Shown: positions 6,961 to 16,686, counted from the first letter of the stretch. The stretch: 18,249 nucleotides of DNA from Candidatus Omnitrophota bacterium (GCA_043826355.1 JBDRQI010000019.1:1-18249), one strand, 5' to 3'. Program-made: numbers and translations. The notes: generated by a model not told the origin, from the sequence alone.

Positions 6961-8013
6961 TTATTCTCCAAACAGTCTCAGGCAATTTTTCAAAAAGACA
7001 TTCTGCTTCAGTTCTTCCTTTTCCTCGTTTGTGACGTTCAGTCCCTCCAAGGCGTCTTTAAAATCCTTGATGACATGGTAGGTATTGTAGGTTAGCGCCT
7101 GGCATTGTGCCGTTAACTCCTTGTTCCGCCGCGGGTCGGTCCAGGTATAATCGCTGCGGGTAAGAAAGGTCGGGTCGGTCCCCGAAGACCAGTATTCCTT
7201 TCCCGTAATCAGGCCAAACGGAACGTCCGAGCCGAAGAGCAGTTTGGTCCATAAATCCCTGCGTCCGAGAACCGCTTCATATACTTCCCGGCTGGTCGCC
7301 GAAGACATTTCCAGGAATACATAAGGAGAATCAAGTACGGTTGAGCCAAGAAAAAACAGAAACTGTTTGGGCTCAAGATAACGTCCCATATGCGCCAGGA
7401 TAATTTTAATCCTTGGATATTTTTCCACGACCGAATTTATAAATTCCTGGTTGGCCGGTTCGGACATTCCCAGGCCGGAAGTGTGCAGCATCATCACCAG
7501 TTTTTCTTTATCCATAAATCGCAGCAGTTCTTCCGGGATGAACTCCGGCATGGTGGTTTCGTAATTACTCTTTCCCAGCCGGTCAAAATACGGTTTTACT
7601 CCGTAGAACCTGACCCCCATTTCCTTTGCCTTTTCAAACTGTTCAATCGTCCGGCCGATATCCTGCGGTTCGGACAGGATAAAACCTTTTATCCCGGGGT
7701 TACCCCGTATCAACTTTGCGATATAATCATTGGCTTTATCAATCAACACTTCCTGCTGCGGAAAACCGAAAGTAAGCAACCCTGCAATCTTTTTGCCGGA
7801 GTAAAGTTCCCGGTAAAAACCGGCCGCCGTCTCCCAGGTAAAATCGGTAAAAGTGGACAGCGGTTCTTTCCGGCGGCCGACGCTCATGGTCCTGACTATT
7901 TCCGGAGGCCCCAAGTGGACGTGCGCATCAAAAATGGTATCCGGAATCCAATTCTTTAATTCCTTCTTCCAAAGACCGATGTGGTCCTCGTATGGCGGTA
8001 ATTTTTCGGCCAT
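6961..8013 (-). CDS. Amidohydrolase-superfamily protein (Amidohydro_2-like)
   Basis: Metal-ligand motifs 'DAHVHLG', 'MLHTSG', 'ILAHMG' and 'LFGSDVPF'. Confidence 0.88.
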   Translation of the reverse strand: MAEKLPPYEDHIGLWKKELKNWIPDTIFDAHVHLGPPEIVRTMSVGRRKEPLSTFTDFTWETAAGFYRELYSGKKIAGLLTFGFPQQEVLIDKANDYIAKLIRGNPGIKGFILSEPQDIGRTIEQFEKAKEMGVRFYGVKPYFDRLGKSNYETTMPEFIPEELLRFMDKEKLVMMLHTSGLGMSEPANQEFINSVVEKYPRIKIILAHMGRYLEPKQFLFFLGSTVLDSPYVFLEMSSATSREVYEAVLGRRDLWTKLLFGSDVPFGLITGKEYWSSGTDPTFLTRSDYTWTDPRRNKELTAQCQALTYNTYHVIKDFKDALEGLNVTNEEKEELKQNVFLKNCLRLFGE

Positions 8014-8043
8014 TTTATTAGTTTAAGGTTGCAGTACCAGGGA

Positions 8044-9015
8044 CTACTTCACCAACTCTTTAATGGCTTCAACGATCTCTTCTTTTCGGGGCACGCATAC
8101 ATCTTCTAAGGCAGGCGAAAACGGAATGGGGGTGTTCCTGCCGCCGAGTACCCGGGGCGGCGCGTCCAGGTAATCAAACGCCTCCTGGATTACCTGCCGG
8201 ACAATTTCCGCGCCAAAACCACACCTTACCGGCGCTTCGTGCAACACAAGCAGCCGGCGGGTCTTTTTGACTGAATTGACAATCCGGTTGATGTCCAGGG
8301 GAACCAGGGTTCTGGGGTCAATTACTTCCACGCTGATTTCCAAAGCCATTTCTTCCGCCGCCGATAACGCTTTTGGCACCATATTAGAAAGGCCTACCAC
8401 GGTAATATCTTCACCTTCCCGTTTAATATCTGCTTCGCCCAGAGGAACAAGCCACTCTCCTTCCGGAACCATCTCTTTTTTAAAATAGAGCATCCGATTT
8501 TCAATAAAGACAACCGGGTTGTCGTCGCGGATGCAGGATTTGAGCAATCCTTTGGCATCATAGGCGGTGGATGGCATCACCACCTTCAGGCCGGGAGTAT
8601 GGACAAACCAGGCCTCAAGACTTTGGCTGTGTTGAGCCGCTTCCCTGGTGCCGATCCCGTAAGGAGCCCGGATAACCAAAGGTACTTTAAGCTGGTTGCC
8701 GGACATGAAGGCCAATTTGGCTGCCTGGTTAACAATCTGGTCCATCGCGGTGGTGACGAAATCAAGATACATTATCTCTACAACCGGCCGCAAACCGGTC
8801 AGCGCCGCGCCGATGCCCAAACCGGTAAAACCGGATTCAGAAATCGGAGTCTGTCTGACCCGCATCTGGCCAAATTCCTTAAATAGTCCCTTGCAAACGC
8901 CGTAACCTCCGCCCAAGGGACCGACATCTTCTCCGACAATAAAAACATTTTTATCGCGCCTCATCTCTTCAAATAAGGCCTCGTTCAGCGCCTCAATATA
9001 TTTGATTTCTCTCAT
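8044..9015 (-). CDS. ThDP-dependent 2-oxoacid/acetoin dehydrogenase E1 beta subunit-like protein
   Basis: Shows 'GEDVG', 'TPISESGF', 'DQIVNQAAK', 'AAQHSQSLEAWF' and 'EVIDPRTLVPLD'. The start is placed at ATG 9015 (MREIKY), just after the alpha-subunit stop. Confidence 0.95.
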   Translation of the reverse strand: MREIKYIEALNEALFEEMRRDKNVFIVGEDVGPLGGGYGVCKGLFKEFGQMRVRQTPISESGFTGLGIGAALTGLRPVVEIMYLDFVTTAMDQIVNQAAKLAFMSGNQLKVPLVIRAPYGIGTREAAQHSQSLEAWFVHTPGLKVVMPSTAYDAKGLLKSCIRDDNPVVFIENRMLYFKKEMVPEGEWLVPLGEADIKREGEDITVVGLSNMVPKALSAAEEMALEISVEVIDPRTLVPLDINRIVNSVKKTRRLLVLHEAPVRCGFGAEIVRQVIQEAFDYLDAPPRVLGGRNTPIPFSPALEDVCVPRKEEIVEAIKELVK

Positions 9016-9019
9016 TGGT

Positions 9020-10006
9020 CTAAGTACCCATTTCGCGCTTGAATTCCTGCGGGTCCGGAAATTTGCTTGCCAGCGCAAAACGTTCGGCTTCATTAATTTC
9101 GAACAGAATTTCTTTCCGGATAGTTTCCAGTTCGGGGTCGCCGGCCAATTTCTCTTTTTTCAGATATTTTTCAAGCCGGATAATCGGATCCCTCTGCGTT
9201 TTCCACTCGCTTAATTCGCATTCGGTGCGCATTTCCGGCAGAACCATGCAATGAGGGTCAATCCGGTAGGTCTTGCATTCAAGCAGATAAGGTCCCTTTC
9301 CTTTCCGGGTGTGCTCGATGGCTTGCCTTGCCGCCCGGTAAACCGCCAGAAAATCGTTGCCATCCACCACCTCGCCCGGCATGTTGTACCCGGAAGCACG
9401 CTGAGCCACATTGGCAACGCAAATAGTGTCTCCAACGGAAGTAGTCACCGCGTAACAGTTATTTTCGCAAACAAAAACAACCGGCAATTTCCAGAGCCCT
9501 GCCATATTGAGGGATTCGTGAAAAGTTCCCTGGCTGGCGCCGCCGTCTCCGAAGAAACAGACCGTCACCTGGTCGGTACCGCGGTAAAGGGCAGAATAGC
9601 CGGAACCGATTGCCAGGGGAATTCCGCCCCCCACGATGCCGTTAGCGCCCAGAAAACCGATTGACGGGTCAAAAAGGTGCATCGAACCTCCCCGGCCCTT
9701 GCAGCAACCGGTCTCTTTTCCCTGCAATTCCGCCAGCGTTTTGTCGGTACGTCCGCCCCGGGCAATGAAATGTCCGTGCCCGCGGTGGGTGCTGAAAATA
9801 TAATCATCTTTAGCAAGATTGAGGCAGACACCGACGGCAATCGCCTCTTCACCAATATACGTATGCAGCGCTCCCAGGAAACTGCCGCAGAGTAGACCTT
9901 TTTTGTATAACGTTTTGGCGCGCTCTTCAAAAAATCTTATCCGGCACATTAACCGGAACGCTTCCAGCAATTTTTCCCCAGCCGGTAAATCTTTTTTGTT
10001 TTCCAT
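9020..10006 (-). CDS. ThDP-dependent 2-oxoacid/acetoin dehydrogenase E1 alpha subunit-like protein
   Basis: Shows 'GEEAIAVG', 'STHRGHGH', 'GRGGSMH' and the ThDP motif 'GDGGASQGTFHESLNMA...ENN'. Confidence 0.95.
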   Translation of the reverse strand: MENKKDLPAGEKLLEAFRLMCRIRFFEERAKTLYKKGLLCGSFLGALHTYIGEEAIAVGVCLNLAKDDYIFSTHRGHGHFIARGGRTDKTLAELQGKETGCCKGRGGSMHLFDPSIGFLGANGIVGGGIPLAIGSGYSALYRGTDQVTVCFFGDGGASQGTFHESLNMAGLWKLPVVFVCENNCYAVTTSVGDTICVANVAQRASGYNMPGEVVDGNDFLAVYRAARQAIEHTRKGKGPYLLECKTYRIDPHCMVLPEMRTECELSEWKTQRDPIIRLEKYLKKEKLAGDPELETIRKEILFEINEAERFALASKFPDPQEFKREMGT

Positions 10007-10029
10007 CTCTCAAAAGAAAAATCAATTCC

Positions 10030-10119
10030 TTAAGAATTTTTTCTGATTTCTTTCAACAATGCGTGAAAATTGGATAGATTTGTTCTTCTTATTGCTTCTA
10101 AATCCGCCCAAGACTTCAT
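10030..10119 (-). other. 29-codon mini-ORF or gene scar coupled to the AKR stop
   Basis: ATG 10119-10117 overlaps the AKR TGA (ATGA). It reads MKSWADLEAIRRTNLSNFHALLKEIRKNS* and fills most of the gap before E1 alpha. Confidence 0.35.
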
Positions 10120-11075
10120 CTTGGATATTCCGTCCCCCACATATTAGCAGCGTAATTTAAGAGTTTGGATACTTCTTTTCCTTTTTGGCTAAGGATATCT
10201 GTGTCTTGCTGGTTTAGATTCCATCCTGCTGCCTTTACATTATCATTCAACTGAAAGATATTCCTTGCGCCCACAACAGCAGAGGTAATTCCTGGCTGAT
10301 TGATCACCCAGTTTAAGGAAACTTCGGCCGGGGTTTTGTTGTATTTTTGGGCTGTCTCTTCCACCAAATTCACTGTTTTCAAACATTCTTCAAAAATTCC
10401 CTTTTTGAAAAGCACATTTACTGTCCTTATTTCTCCTTCTTTGGTGGGAAGATCGGTGCGGCTTTTGAATTTGCCCGATAAAAGCCCCTGAGCAAGGGAA
10501 CTGTAGGTGAGGATGCCGACATTCTCTTTCTGGCAGAATTCTAATATGCCTTCTTCTTCAATTTCTCTCCAGAATAGATTATAGGGACTCTGACAAGAGA
10601 CAATCTCGGTTACTTTTATTGCTTCTTTCAGTTGCTCTACCGAAAAGTTAGAGACGCCAATATGGCGAATCTTGCCCTCGTCTTTTAGTTTTTTCATTGC
10701 TCCGATTGTATCGGCAATGGGAATTTTTGTGCTTGGATAATGAACCTGGTAGAGGTCAATATAGCCTAAATCCATCTTCTTCAAAGAATTATCTATCTGA
10801 CCGGGAATCTGCTCTGGGTTTGCCCCACATTTGGTGGCAATATAGAGCTTATCTCTGATTCCTTTAACTGCCTTACCTACTACTTCTTCCGATTCCCCAT
10901 AGGCAGCAGCAGTATCAATTATGTTTATCCCTGAATCAACCGCCCTGTAAACAATATCGATTATCTCTTTTTCCTCTACTTCTCCTGCCCAACGGACAAC
11001 CTTCCCATAGGCCCAAGCGCCTAAGGCAAGAACGGAGACCTGCATATCTGAATTGCCTAATTGTCTTTTTTGCAT
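10116..11075 (-). CDS. Aldo/keto reductase
   Basis: Catalytic tetrad motifs 'IDTAAAYG', 'IATK' and 'YQVHYP', plus 'HIGVSNF', 'QSPYNL' and 'YSSLAQGLLSGK'. Confidence 0.95.
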   Translation of the reverse strand: MQKRQLGNSDMQVSVLALGAWAYGKVVRWAGEVEEKEIIDIVYRAVDSGINIIDTAAAYGESEEVVGKAVKGIRDKLYIATKCGANPEQIPGQIDNSLKKMDLGYIDLYQVHYPSTKIPIADTIGAMKKLKDEGKIRHIGVSNFSVEQLKEAIKVTEIVSCQSPYNLFWREIEEEGILEFCQKENVGILTYSSLAQGLLSGKFKSRTDLPTKEGEIRTVNVLFKKGIFEECLKTVNLVEETAQKYNKTPAEVSLNWVINQPGITSAVVGARNIFQLNDNVKAAGWNLNQQDTDILSQKGKEVSKLLNYAANMWGTEYPR

Positions 11076-11104
11076 AATATTCTATTATCCTCATTTATTA
11101 TCTA

Positions 11105-12868
11105 TTAGCATAATTTCAATATAGTTGTGTTAATTTCTGCACTCTCTATTTTTATTTCCATTATGGACTTGCCGTTAGTTTTTGTTTTCAACAGGATCCT
11201 TTTATTTTCGACGTGTTCAAAATTCATAAAACATTTTCCGCGGGATATTGAAACTTCAATTTTGTCCCCCTTGGATACCTTTGGATTAAAAGCAAGTTTT
11301 GTCCCTCTGTTATTAAGTAAAATTGCTTTGTTGTTCTTGGTTATTCTGACGTCGGGGTGCAGGTTCAAAACAAACATAAGGTCTTTTGGTGTTTTTGTGT
11401 TAACAACATCAGTAATTGTAATAGAGTTGTTCTTTGATATTTTTATAGCTCTATTCCAGCTTACACCTTCCCACCCCGCAGCATTGCTCTTAAGATTTGA
11501 GGAAATTATATGATTTCCGCTGAGGCTATTCCAACCATCGCATTTTACAGTAGCATAGCTCATCCAGCGATAGGTTCCTTTAACAATTCCATCGGCGTTT
11601 CCATTTACAAGCAAACTTGAATGAGATTCTCCTTGCTTGTACCATTTAGCGAAGAGTTTATCATCATAACTGCAACAGCCGCTATCAACAAAAAATGGTT
11701 TTTTGTCATACCAATAAATAAAACTATTCTTCCCGGCATGATAATGAGAAAATTGGCCGGTGTATGGTGAAGCATCAAATGTCAAATACCTCTTCTTATC
11801 TTTGTAGACACCAATGGAAGCATCTTCGAAAAAAAATAGCTGAATATCGTTTTTTTTTGGTTCTGCTTTAAACGGTAGCGATTTTAGAAAAGGACTTAGG
11901 TTGACAGGGTAACCGTCGTTTATTACGGGAGAACAGCCGTCGGGCTGACAAATGGCATTTATAAACAGGGCGGACTTCTTAAGTGTTTTTGGAGTTTCAG
12001 AACGAAGCCTGAAGTTGTAGCGTTGGGATAATATAAATGCATCTCTTACATGCCAGGTTTCGAAAACATGATATGAAGGACTGTTTTCCGCTAATGTCCC
12101 ATCCGGCAAAAAATCAATTTTCGTGTGGAAATTACATATCCTTACGCCTTCTTTTATAAAATCTTTCCCGGCGCCGTAATTTTTGAAAAAACACCCTGCA
12201 TGCAAAAGCGCAATACCTCTCACTGATTGATGATTATCTCCTTTGCTGAGCTTCCTAAAATATTTTTCACCAATCATTATTATTTCTGCATGTTTGTAAA
12301 TACTTTCCCGGATTTTTTCCCATTCGCTTTTGGTAACGGATTTTGAATCTTTCAAAAAATGCGCAAGATAGATAAGGTGAATAAGTCTGCTGGCAGGCTG
12401 GAAATCAAACCATATATATTTTACATCCGTTTCATCTCTTTGGTTTTCTTCATAAGTTTGTTTATTGTAATTATTGTCTCTGATGCCGTAAACATAGTTA
12501 ATGTGATCTCCTATTTCTTTCTTACCTTGTGGCGGAGGGTACTTTTGCAGGAAGTGAATGACAATTTTTTTGATAAGCCTTGCGATCTTTTCATCCTTGC
12601 GAAGCCAATAAATCCTGGAAAGTGATGCCATGAAATAAAATCTGTTCAACCAGCAACTTTTCTCTATGCTGCGCCACCTCTCAAACTTCTTGAAATCAAT
12701 TTCCGGCAGAGAACCGAACTCACTCAACACATTCTCTTTAATGATTTTTCTGTAAATTTCTTCGTCTTTTATTGTTCCCAGCATTTCATTAAATATCAAT
12801 CCGCCGCCGCCATCAAATGGATACAATTCAAAAAAGTTATATTCCCTCAATAACCTATCATTCAACAT
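11105..12868 (-). CDS. Heparinase II/III-like polysaccharide lyase family protein (no evident signal peptide)
   Basis: Shows 'NHQSVRG', 'DGTLAENSPSYH', 'PDGCSPVINDG', 'HYHAG', 'VDSG..SY' and 'HSSLLVNG', followed by a beta-rich C-terminus ('WNRAI...ITDVV...NLHPD'). Confidence 0.8.
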   Translation of the reverse strand: MLNDRLLREYNFFELYPFDGGGGLIFNEMLGTIKDEEIYRKIIKENVLSEFGSLPEIDFKKFERWRSIEKSCWLNRFYFMASLSRIYWLRKDEKIARLIKKIVIHFLQKYPPPQGKKEIGDHINYVYGIRDNNYNKQTYEENQRDETDVKYIWFDFQPASRLIHLIYLAHFLKDSKSVTKSEWEKIRESIYKHAEIIMIGEKYFRKLSKGDNHQSVRGIALLHAGCFFKNYGAGKDFIKEGVRICNFHTKIDFLPDGTLAENSPSYHVFETWHVRDAFILSQRYNFRLRSETPKTLKKSALFINAICQPDGCSPVINDGYPVNLSPFLKSLPFKAEPKKNDIQLFFFEDASIGVYKDKKRYLTFDASPYTGQFSHYHAGKNSFIYWYDKKPFFVDSGCCSYDDKLFAKWYKQGESHSSLLVNGNADGIVKGTYRWMSYATVKCDGWNSLSGNHIISSNLKSNAAGWEGVSWNRAIKISKNNSITITDVVNTKTPKDLMFVLNLHPDVRITKNNKAILLNNRGTKLAFNPKVSKGDKIEVSISRGKCFMNFEHVENKRILLKTKTNGKSIMEIKIESAEINTTILKLC

Positions 12869-12992
12869 TTTCTTCTACCCTCCATCCCGCATGTTTGGTT
12901 TAGAACCCCCAAATTTTTTCAACGGACCGCTGTCCGGTTAGGCTTTCTTATTTGGTCATATTACAGGAGTTTTCCGCTTCATTCTTTCCTTA

Positions 12993-13733
12993 TTATTGAA
13001 CAAAATCTTTTAAAATCTCAAGGGGACTTCGGGCATAGTTGAAAATTTTTACTTCGCCTATGATACCCTCAAAACCATAAGCGGCGCCACCCTGGAAAGC
13101 ACCGATAGTAACAATATCTCTCCCTTTGGTGAGGCTTAACCCTGGTTTGCTTTCACCAACCTGTTCACCATTCAAATAAATCCGGTACATCGAACCATCA
13201 TAAGTACCAGCGACATGACACCAAACCTGAACTTTGATGCTCGGGTTATAAGATGCAACTCCCCGTGGTTCTCCCTCACCACCTTCACCAGAGCGAAGCT
13301 CTAGTCCCGTATAGGAAATTCTGAAACGGAATCCCGGTCCTCGGTCTTCTACCGTATTCGTAACTATCTCATAGGTACGCGATTTTTCATTCTTGTTCAG
13401 TTTAACCCACGCTTCCACGGTCAAACCCTTGGAAAAATCATACTTTCCCATTGCCGGAATTGTGACACAGCCGCTATCCCTTCCATTTCCATCCCCGGTT
13501 CCAGCATTGCTAAACTCAAGGGCTTTACCTGCCCTTCCCTCCACCCACTTTGCATATTCACCGTATCTCTGTATTTTTCCGTCGTTACCTTTTCCGCTGC
13601 TATCTTTCACAATCTCGCCCTCACCTTCATCACATTTCCAATAACCAACCATCTGTTTTTCTTCAGCAGAGAAAACTAACTTTGTCCCGGCCATTATTAA
13701 ACAAAACATTCCCAAAACTAAAATATTTTTCAT
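12993..13733 (-). CDS. Secreted LamG / concanavalin A-like lectin domain protein
   Basis: An N-terminal signal-like segment is followed by 'GYWKCDEGEGEIVKDSSGKGNDG', 'LTVEAWVK', 'WCHVAGTYDG...IYLNG' and 'FEGIIGEVKIFNYA'. The start is placed at ATG 13733, after AAGGA. Confidence 0.9.
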   Translation of the reverse strand: MKNILVLGMFCLIMAGTKLVFSAEEKQMVGYWKCDEGEGEIVKDSSGKGNDGKIQRYGEYAKWVEGRAGKALEFSNAGTGDGNGRDSGCVTIPAMGKYDFSKGLTVEAWVKLNKNEKSRTYEIVTNTVEDRGPGFRFRISYTGLELRSGEGGEGEPRGVASYNPSIKVQVWCHVAGTYDGSMYRIYLNGEQVGESKPGLSLTKGRDIVTIGAFQGGAAYGFEGIIGEVKIFNYARSPLEILKDFVQ

Positions 13734-13743
13734 GGTATCCTTA

Positions 13744-16686
13744 TTATTCCGAATAACATTCAATCTCCGAGATAACCGAATTGGAATCGTTTGCCGCGGT
13801 AATCCAGACCCGGATTTGATCAGTCAAGACGGGAGTAAACTGATGAACCGCCAAATTTTTATCGTTTCCTTTCACGGAACGGAGAACCGCCCAGCCGTTT
13901 CCGTTCCAGTACTGAACCTCGTAGTCCCGCAGATTTATTCCATAGAGTATCACCCGACCGATGCGCTGTGTCTTCGACCAGATTATCTGAATCCAGTCCG
14001 GAAACTGATTGGCCTTCGCATCACGCCACCCCTCGCCTCCGTTTTCATCAATTACTCCGTTGACTGCCATCCGCGGCGCGTCGTGAAAACTGCTGTGCGT
14101 CCAAGAAGACGCTTTCACAATGACATCGTTTTCCATCCAGACGGCCAGATTGCCCTTCTTTCTGCGTAATGCCTCTTCTACGTCTATGGTTGCCTGCACT
14201 TGTTTGATGGTGCTTGCCGGTAAATCATCTGCGGTTGTGTAAATGTGCACCTCGTAACCTTCAAAGGAATCGGTAAACTTTTCGTTTGTAAACTTCAAAC
14301 TTCTATTTTCGGAAACTACCTTCAATTCCTTCCGTCCGAGATCGGGCAACCGGAATTCAACTCTTTTGTTCTCAGGCGTCGCATTCACCGCAATGATATA
14401 AAATCTGCCCTGGTATTCTCCGGCCACAGCTTCAACCCCTGATTTTTCCGGTAAAACTTCAACCTTCCTTTTTTCGGCAAAAAGTATCGCCGGCGCAAGA
14501 AAATTCAGCTCACTGGCAATAAAAGGGATCCCGATTCTCAGGTTCGGATGCCTTATGGAATAAGGATAGGCAAAATGAAGAAAACCTTTTGCGCCGTGGA
14601 TAATCGCCAGGTAAACCATGGCCCGGAATTCCTTAAAATCAGGGGCGCGTTGGGTACTGCAGGTTTCGTCTTCGTCACCGACGTCAAAAGCCTGCAGGGT
14701 AATCCAAGCCGGCTTGTCGGGAGCAGATTCCCTGCACCTGTCCATAAAGACGGAAATTTTGGTAATCGGGGAGATGAATCCCCCCTTATTAACAAATAAG
14801 GGGTAAGGGTCAGGCATGAGTATGTCGGCACAGCCTTCATAGGTAGCTATTCCCTCCAGAGAATTGTTGAGCATTACGCAGGGATGATAAGGATCCAACT
14901 TCTTTATCAATTCGTATGTTTCCTTAAGTTTCTCCATCGGCTGCGACAAAATTTCCGGTTCGTCATACATATACCAGCCGAGCAGGGCCGGATGATTTTT
15001 GTAAAGGTTAACCTGTCGCATGATTCCCTTTTTTGCCTCTTCGGACAGGCGCGGTTCCCCCGAACGCATGTCCTTGTCGCTTCCCCAGGGACAAATCAAA
15101 ACCTTAAGATTGTTTTTCTGCGCCGTGTCCAGAAACGCCTTGCCTTCTTCCGGAGACCAGTAAGGAAAATTGTAAGATTGGATGACGTTGCTCCCCTCTT
15201 TACTCACTTTTTCCATATCCTCGGTCGCCACGATAAAATATCCCCGGACCAGAACAGGCTTGCCGTCAATCAAAAGATTAAGGTTTCGATCTACCCTAAC
15301 CTCGCCTGGAAGAGACGGAACTTTGGAAAACAACCGACGAAAATTCTCGACTTCATTGTTTTTTTCATCATAAAGCGTAACGGAGATAAGGTAACTGCCT
15401 GCCGCCAGACGTGCGGCGGAAAAACCGATTTCTGTTTCGTTCTTCTTAAGCGGCATAACGGCGATTGATTCCAGGACATTACCTTCTTCGGCTGTCATCA
15501 GGTTCGCCTGCAGTCGGTAATTCTTCAGTTTCTCCGGATCCAACCTGACCGTGACCCGCGTGACAATATTTTTTAAATTCTGGCTGGCGAATATCGTATC
15601 CCGGTAGGAAGGTTCTATTATCCTGACAGCCATCGGCACATACGCTATTTTTTGCTTTGAATTTGAGAGATAAAGTGTCTTCTGGGTAACAGGATCGCTC
15701 AGTATAATATGGCAATCATATTCTCCGGAAACACTTAATGCAAACGGTCCGATAACCGTTTTTGTCTCTTCGCCTGGTTGCAGGGTTACCGTATCTGACT
15801 TTATAATCGGGTTTTTCCCGGGGTCCACCAGCCAGCACTGAACCTTGACTTCTTGTTCTTTGCCGGTTTGATTTTTTATCGAAACCGCAACCAGAGCGTT
15901 TAGTTTCTCATCCTTGGCTTCAGTTGATATAGAAGGAGCGCCAACACGATAAAAATATCTAACAAGGTTCGTTGTTAATCCCCCTAACCGAGCAAATTTA
16001 GCGGGAACATGAAAAACTCCATCCTGCCCGATGGAGGAATTTTCCGAAAAAGGCAGTTTCTTTTCCCGCGTCAGATTTATACCCCAGGTAGAAGTAACTT
16101 TTTCGTTCAACCCCAGGATAGAATAGGGAATAGACACTTCGGCCGACCAATAATTTTCTCCGATAAATGTTTTTGCTTCCCATCCACCATTCCAATCGGC
16201 GGCTTGCGCAGAACCACCCTGGGAACAATAACTGTCATATGTGCTGCCGGAAGCATTTACCGCAAAATGAAAATATTCGTCTTTACTGAACCAGGGGTCA
16301 ATCATAATTTCAATACAGTCGTCGGCGAAAATTTCCTTTTCGTTTTCCCGTTTTTCAGTTTTTATGTTTTTCACATCCGGTTCAAGACATTTAAAACCAA
16401 AGTAGAGGTTACTATCATCGTAAAGGATATACGCTATTGTTTGAACCCGGGCCAATATTCCCGTGTTATTTATGGCAAAGTTTGTTACCGGTTGCGCTTT
16501 CTGCCAAACAGATTCTAAAAGTTTTCCATCTATTTGAATTGTTTCGTTAATTTTCACTGCACGGATGTTCGGCGTTTCTTCTGCGTTCAACCTCTCCACC
16601 AGGGAAATTGAAAACAGAAAGCATAAAAATAAACAGACAATGCCTGCCTTTAAAAACTTAAAAATATCCTTTCTTTGTCTATTCAT
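13744..16686 (-). CDS. Large secreted multidomain carbohydrate-active protein: CBM9-like domain, Ig-like linker region, glycoside-hydrolase-like TIM barrel, C-terminal F5/8-type C (CBM32-like) domain
   Basis: Signal peptide after MNRQRK (RBS GGAGG, ATG 16686). CBM9-like motifs: 'IDGKLLESVW', 'YDDSNLYF', 'DDCIEIMIDP', 'WSAEVSIP'. Barrel motifs: 'HPALLGWYMYDEPE', 'DPYHP', 'DILMPDPYP', 'IIHGAKG'. Discoidin-like end: 'ASSW...AVNG...DWIQI...YEVQYW...ISEIECY'. Confidence 0.8.
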   Translation of the reverse strand: MNRQRKDIFKFLKAGIVCLFLCFLFSISLVERLNAEETPNIRAVKINETIQIDGKLLESVWQKAQPVTNFAINNTGILARVQTIAYILYDDSNLYFGFKCLEPDVKNIKTEKRENEKEIFADDCIEIMIDPWFSKDEYFHFAVNASGSTYDSYCSQGGSAQAADWNGGWEAKTFIGENYWSAEVSIPYSILGLNEKVTSTWGINLTREKKLPFSENSSIGQDGVFHVPAKFARLGGLTTNLVRYFYRVGAPSISTEAKDEKLNALVAVSIKNQTGKEQEVKVQCWLVDPGKNPIIKSDTVTLQPGEETKTVIGPFALSVSGEYDCHIILSDPVTQKTLYLSNSKQKIAYVPMAVRIIEPSYRDTIFASQNLKNIVTRVTVRLDPEKLKNYRLQANLMTAEEGNVLESIAVMPLKKNETEIGFSAARLAAGSYLISVTLYDEKNNEVENFRRLFSKVPSLPGEVRVDRNLNLLIDGKPVLVRGYFIVATEDMEKVSKEGSNVIQSYNFPYWSPEEGKAFLDTAQKNNLKVLICPWGSDKDMRSGEPRLSEEAKKGIMRQVNLYKNHPALLGWYMYDEPEILSQPMEKLKETYELIKKLDPYHPCVMLNNSLEGIATYEGCADILMPDPYPLFVNKGGFISPITKISVFMDRCRESAPDKPAWITLQAFDVGDEDETCSTQRAPDFKEFRAMVYLAIIHGAKGFLHFAYPYSIRHPNLRIGIPFIASELNFLAPAILFAEKRKVEVLPEKSGVEAVAGEYQGRFYIIAVNATPENKRVEFRLPDLGRKELKVVSENRSLKFTNEKFTDSFEGYEVHIYTTADDLPASTIKQVQATIDVEEALRRKKGNLAVWMENDVIVKASSWTHSSFHDAPRMAVNGVIDENGGEGWRDAKANQFPDWIQIIWSKTQRIGRVILYGINLRDYEVQYWNGNGWAVLRSVKGNDKNLAVHQFTPVLTDQIRVWITAANDSNSVISEIECYSE

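Noticed and set aside
8044..10006. Assigning pdhA/pdhB or acoA/acoB symbols
   Set aside because: The substrate cannot be determined from the motifs, and E2/E3 are absent from the window.
12956..12982. RBS-led 8-codon ORF MKRKTPVI* after the LamG gene
   Set aside because: It could be a 5' gene scar but is too short to distinguish from chance.
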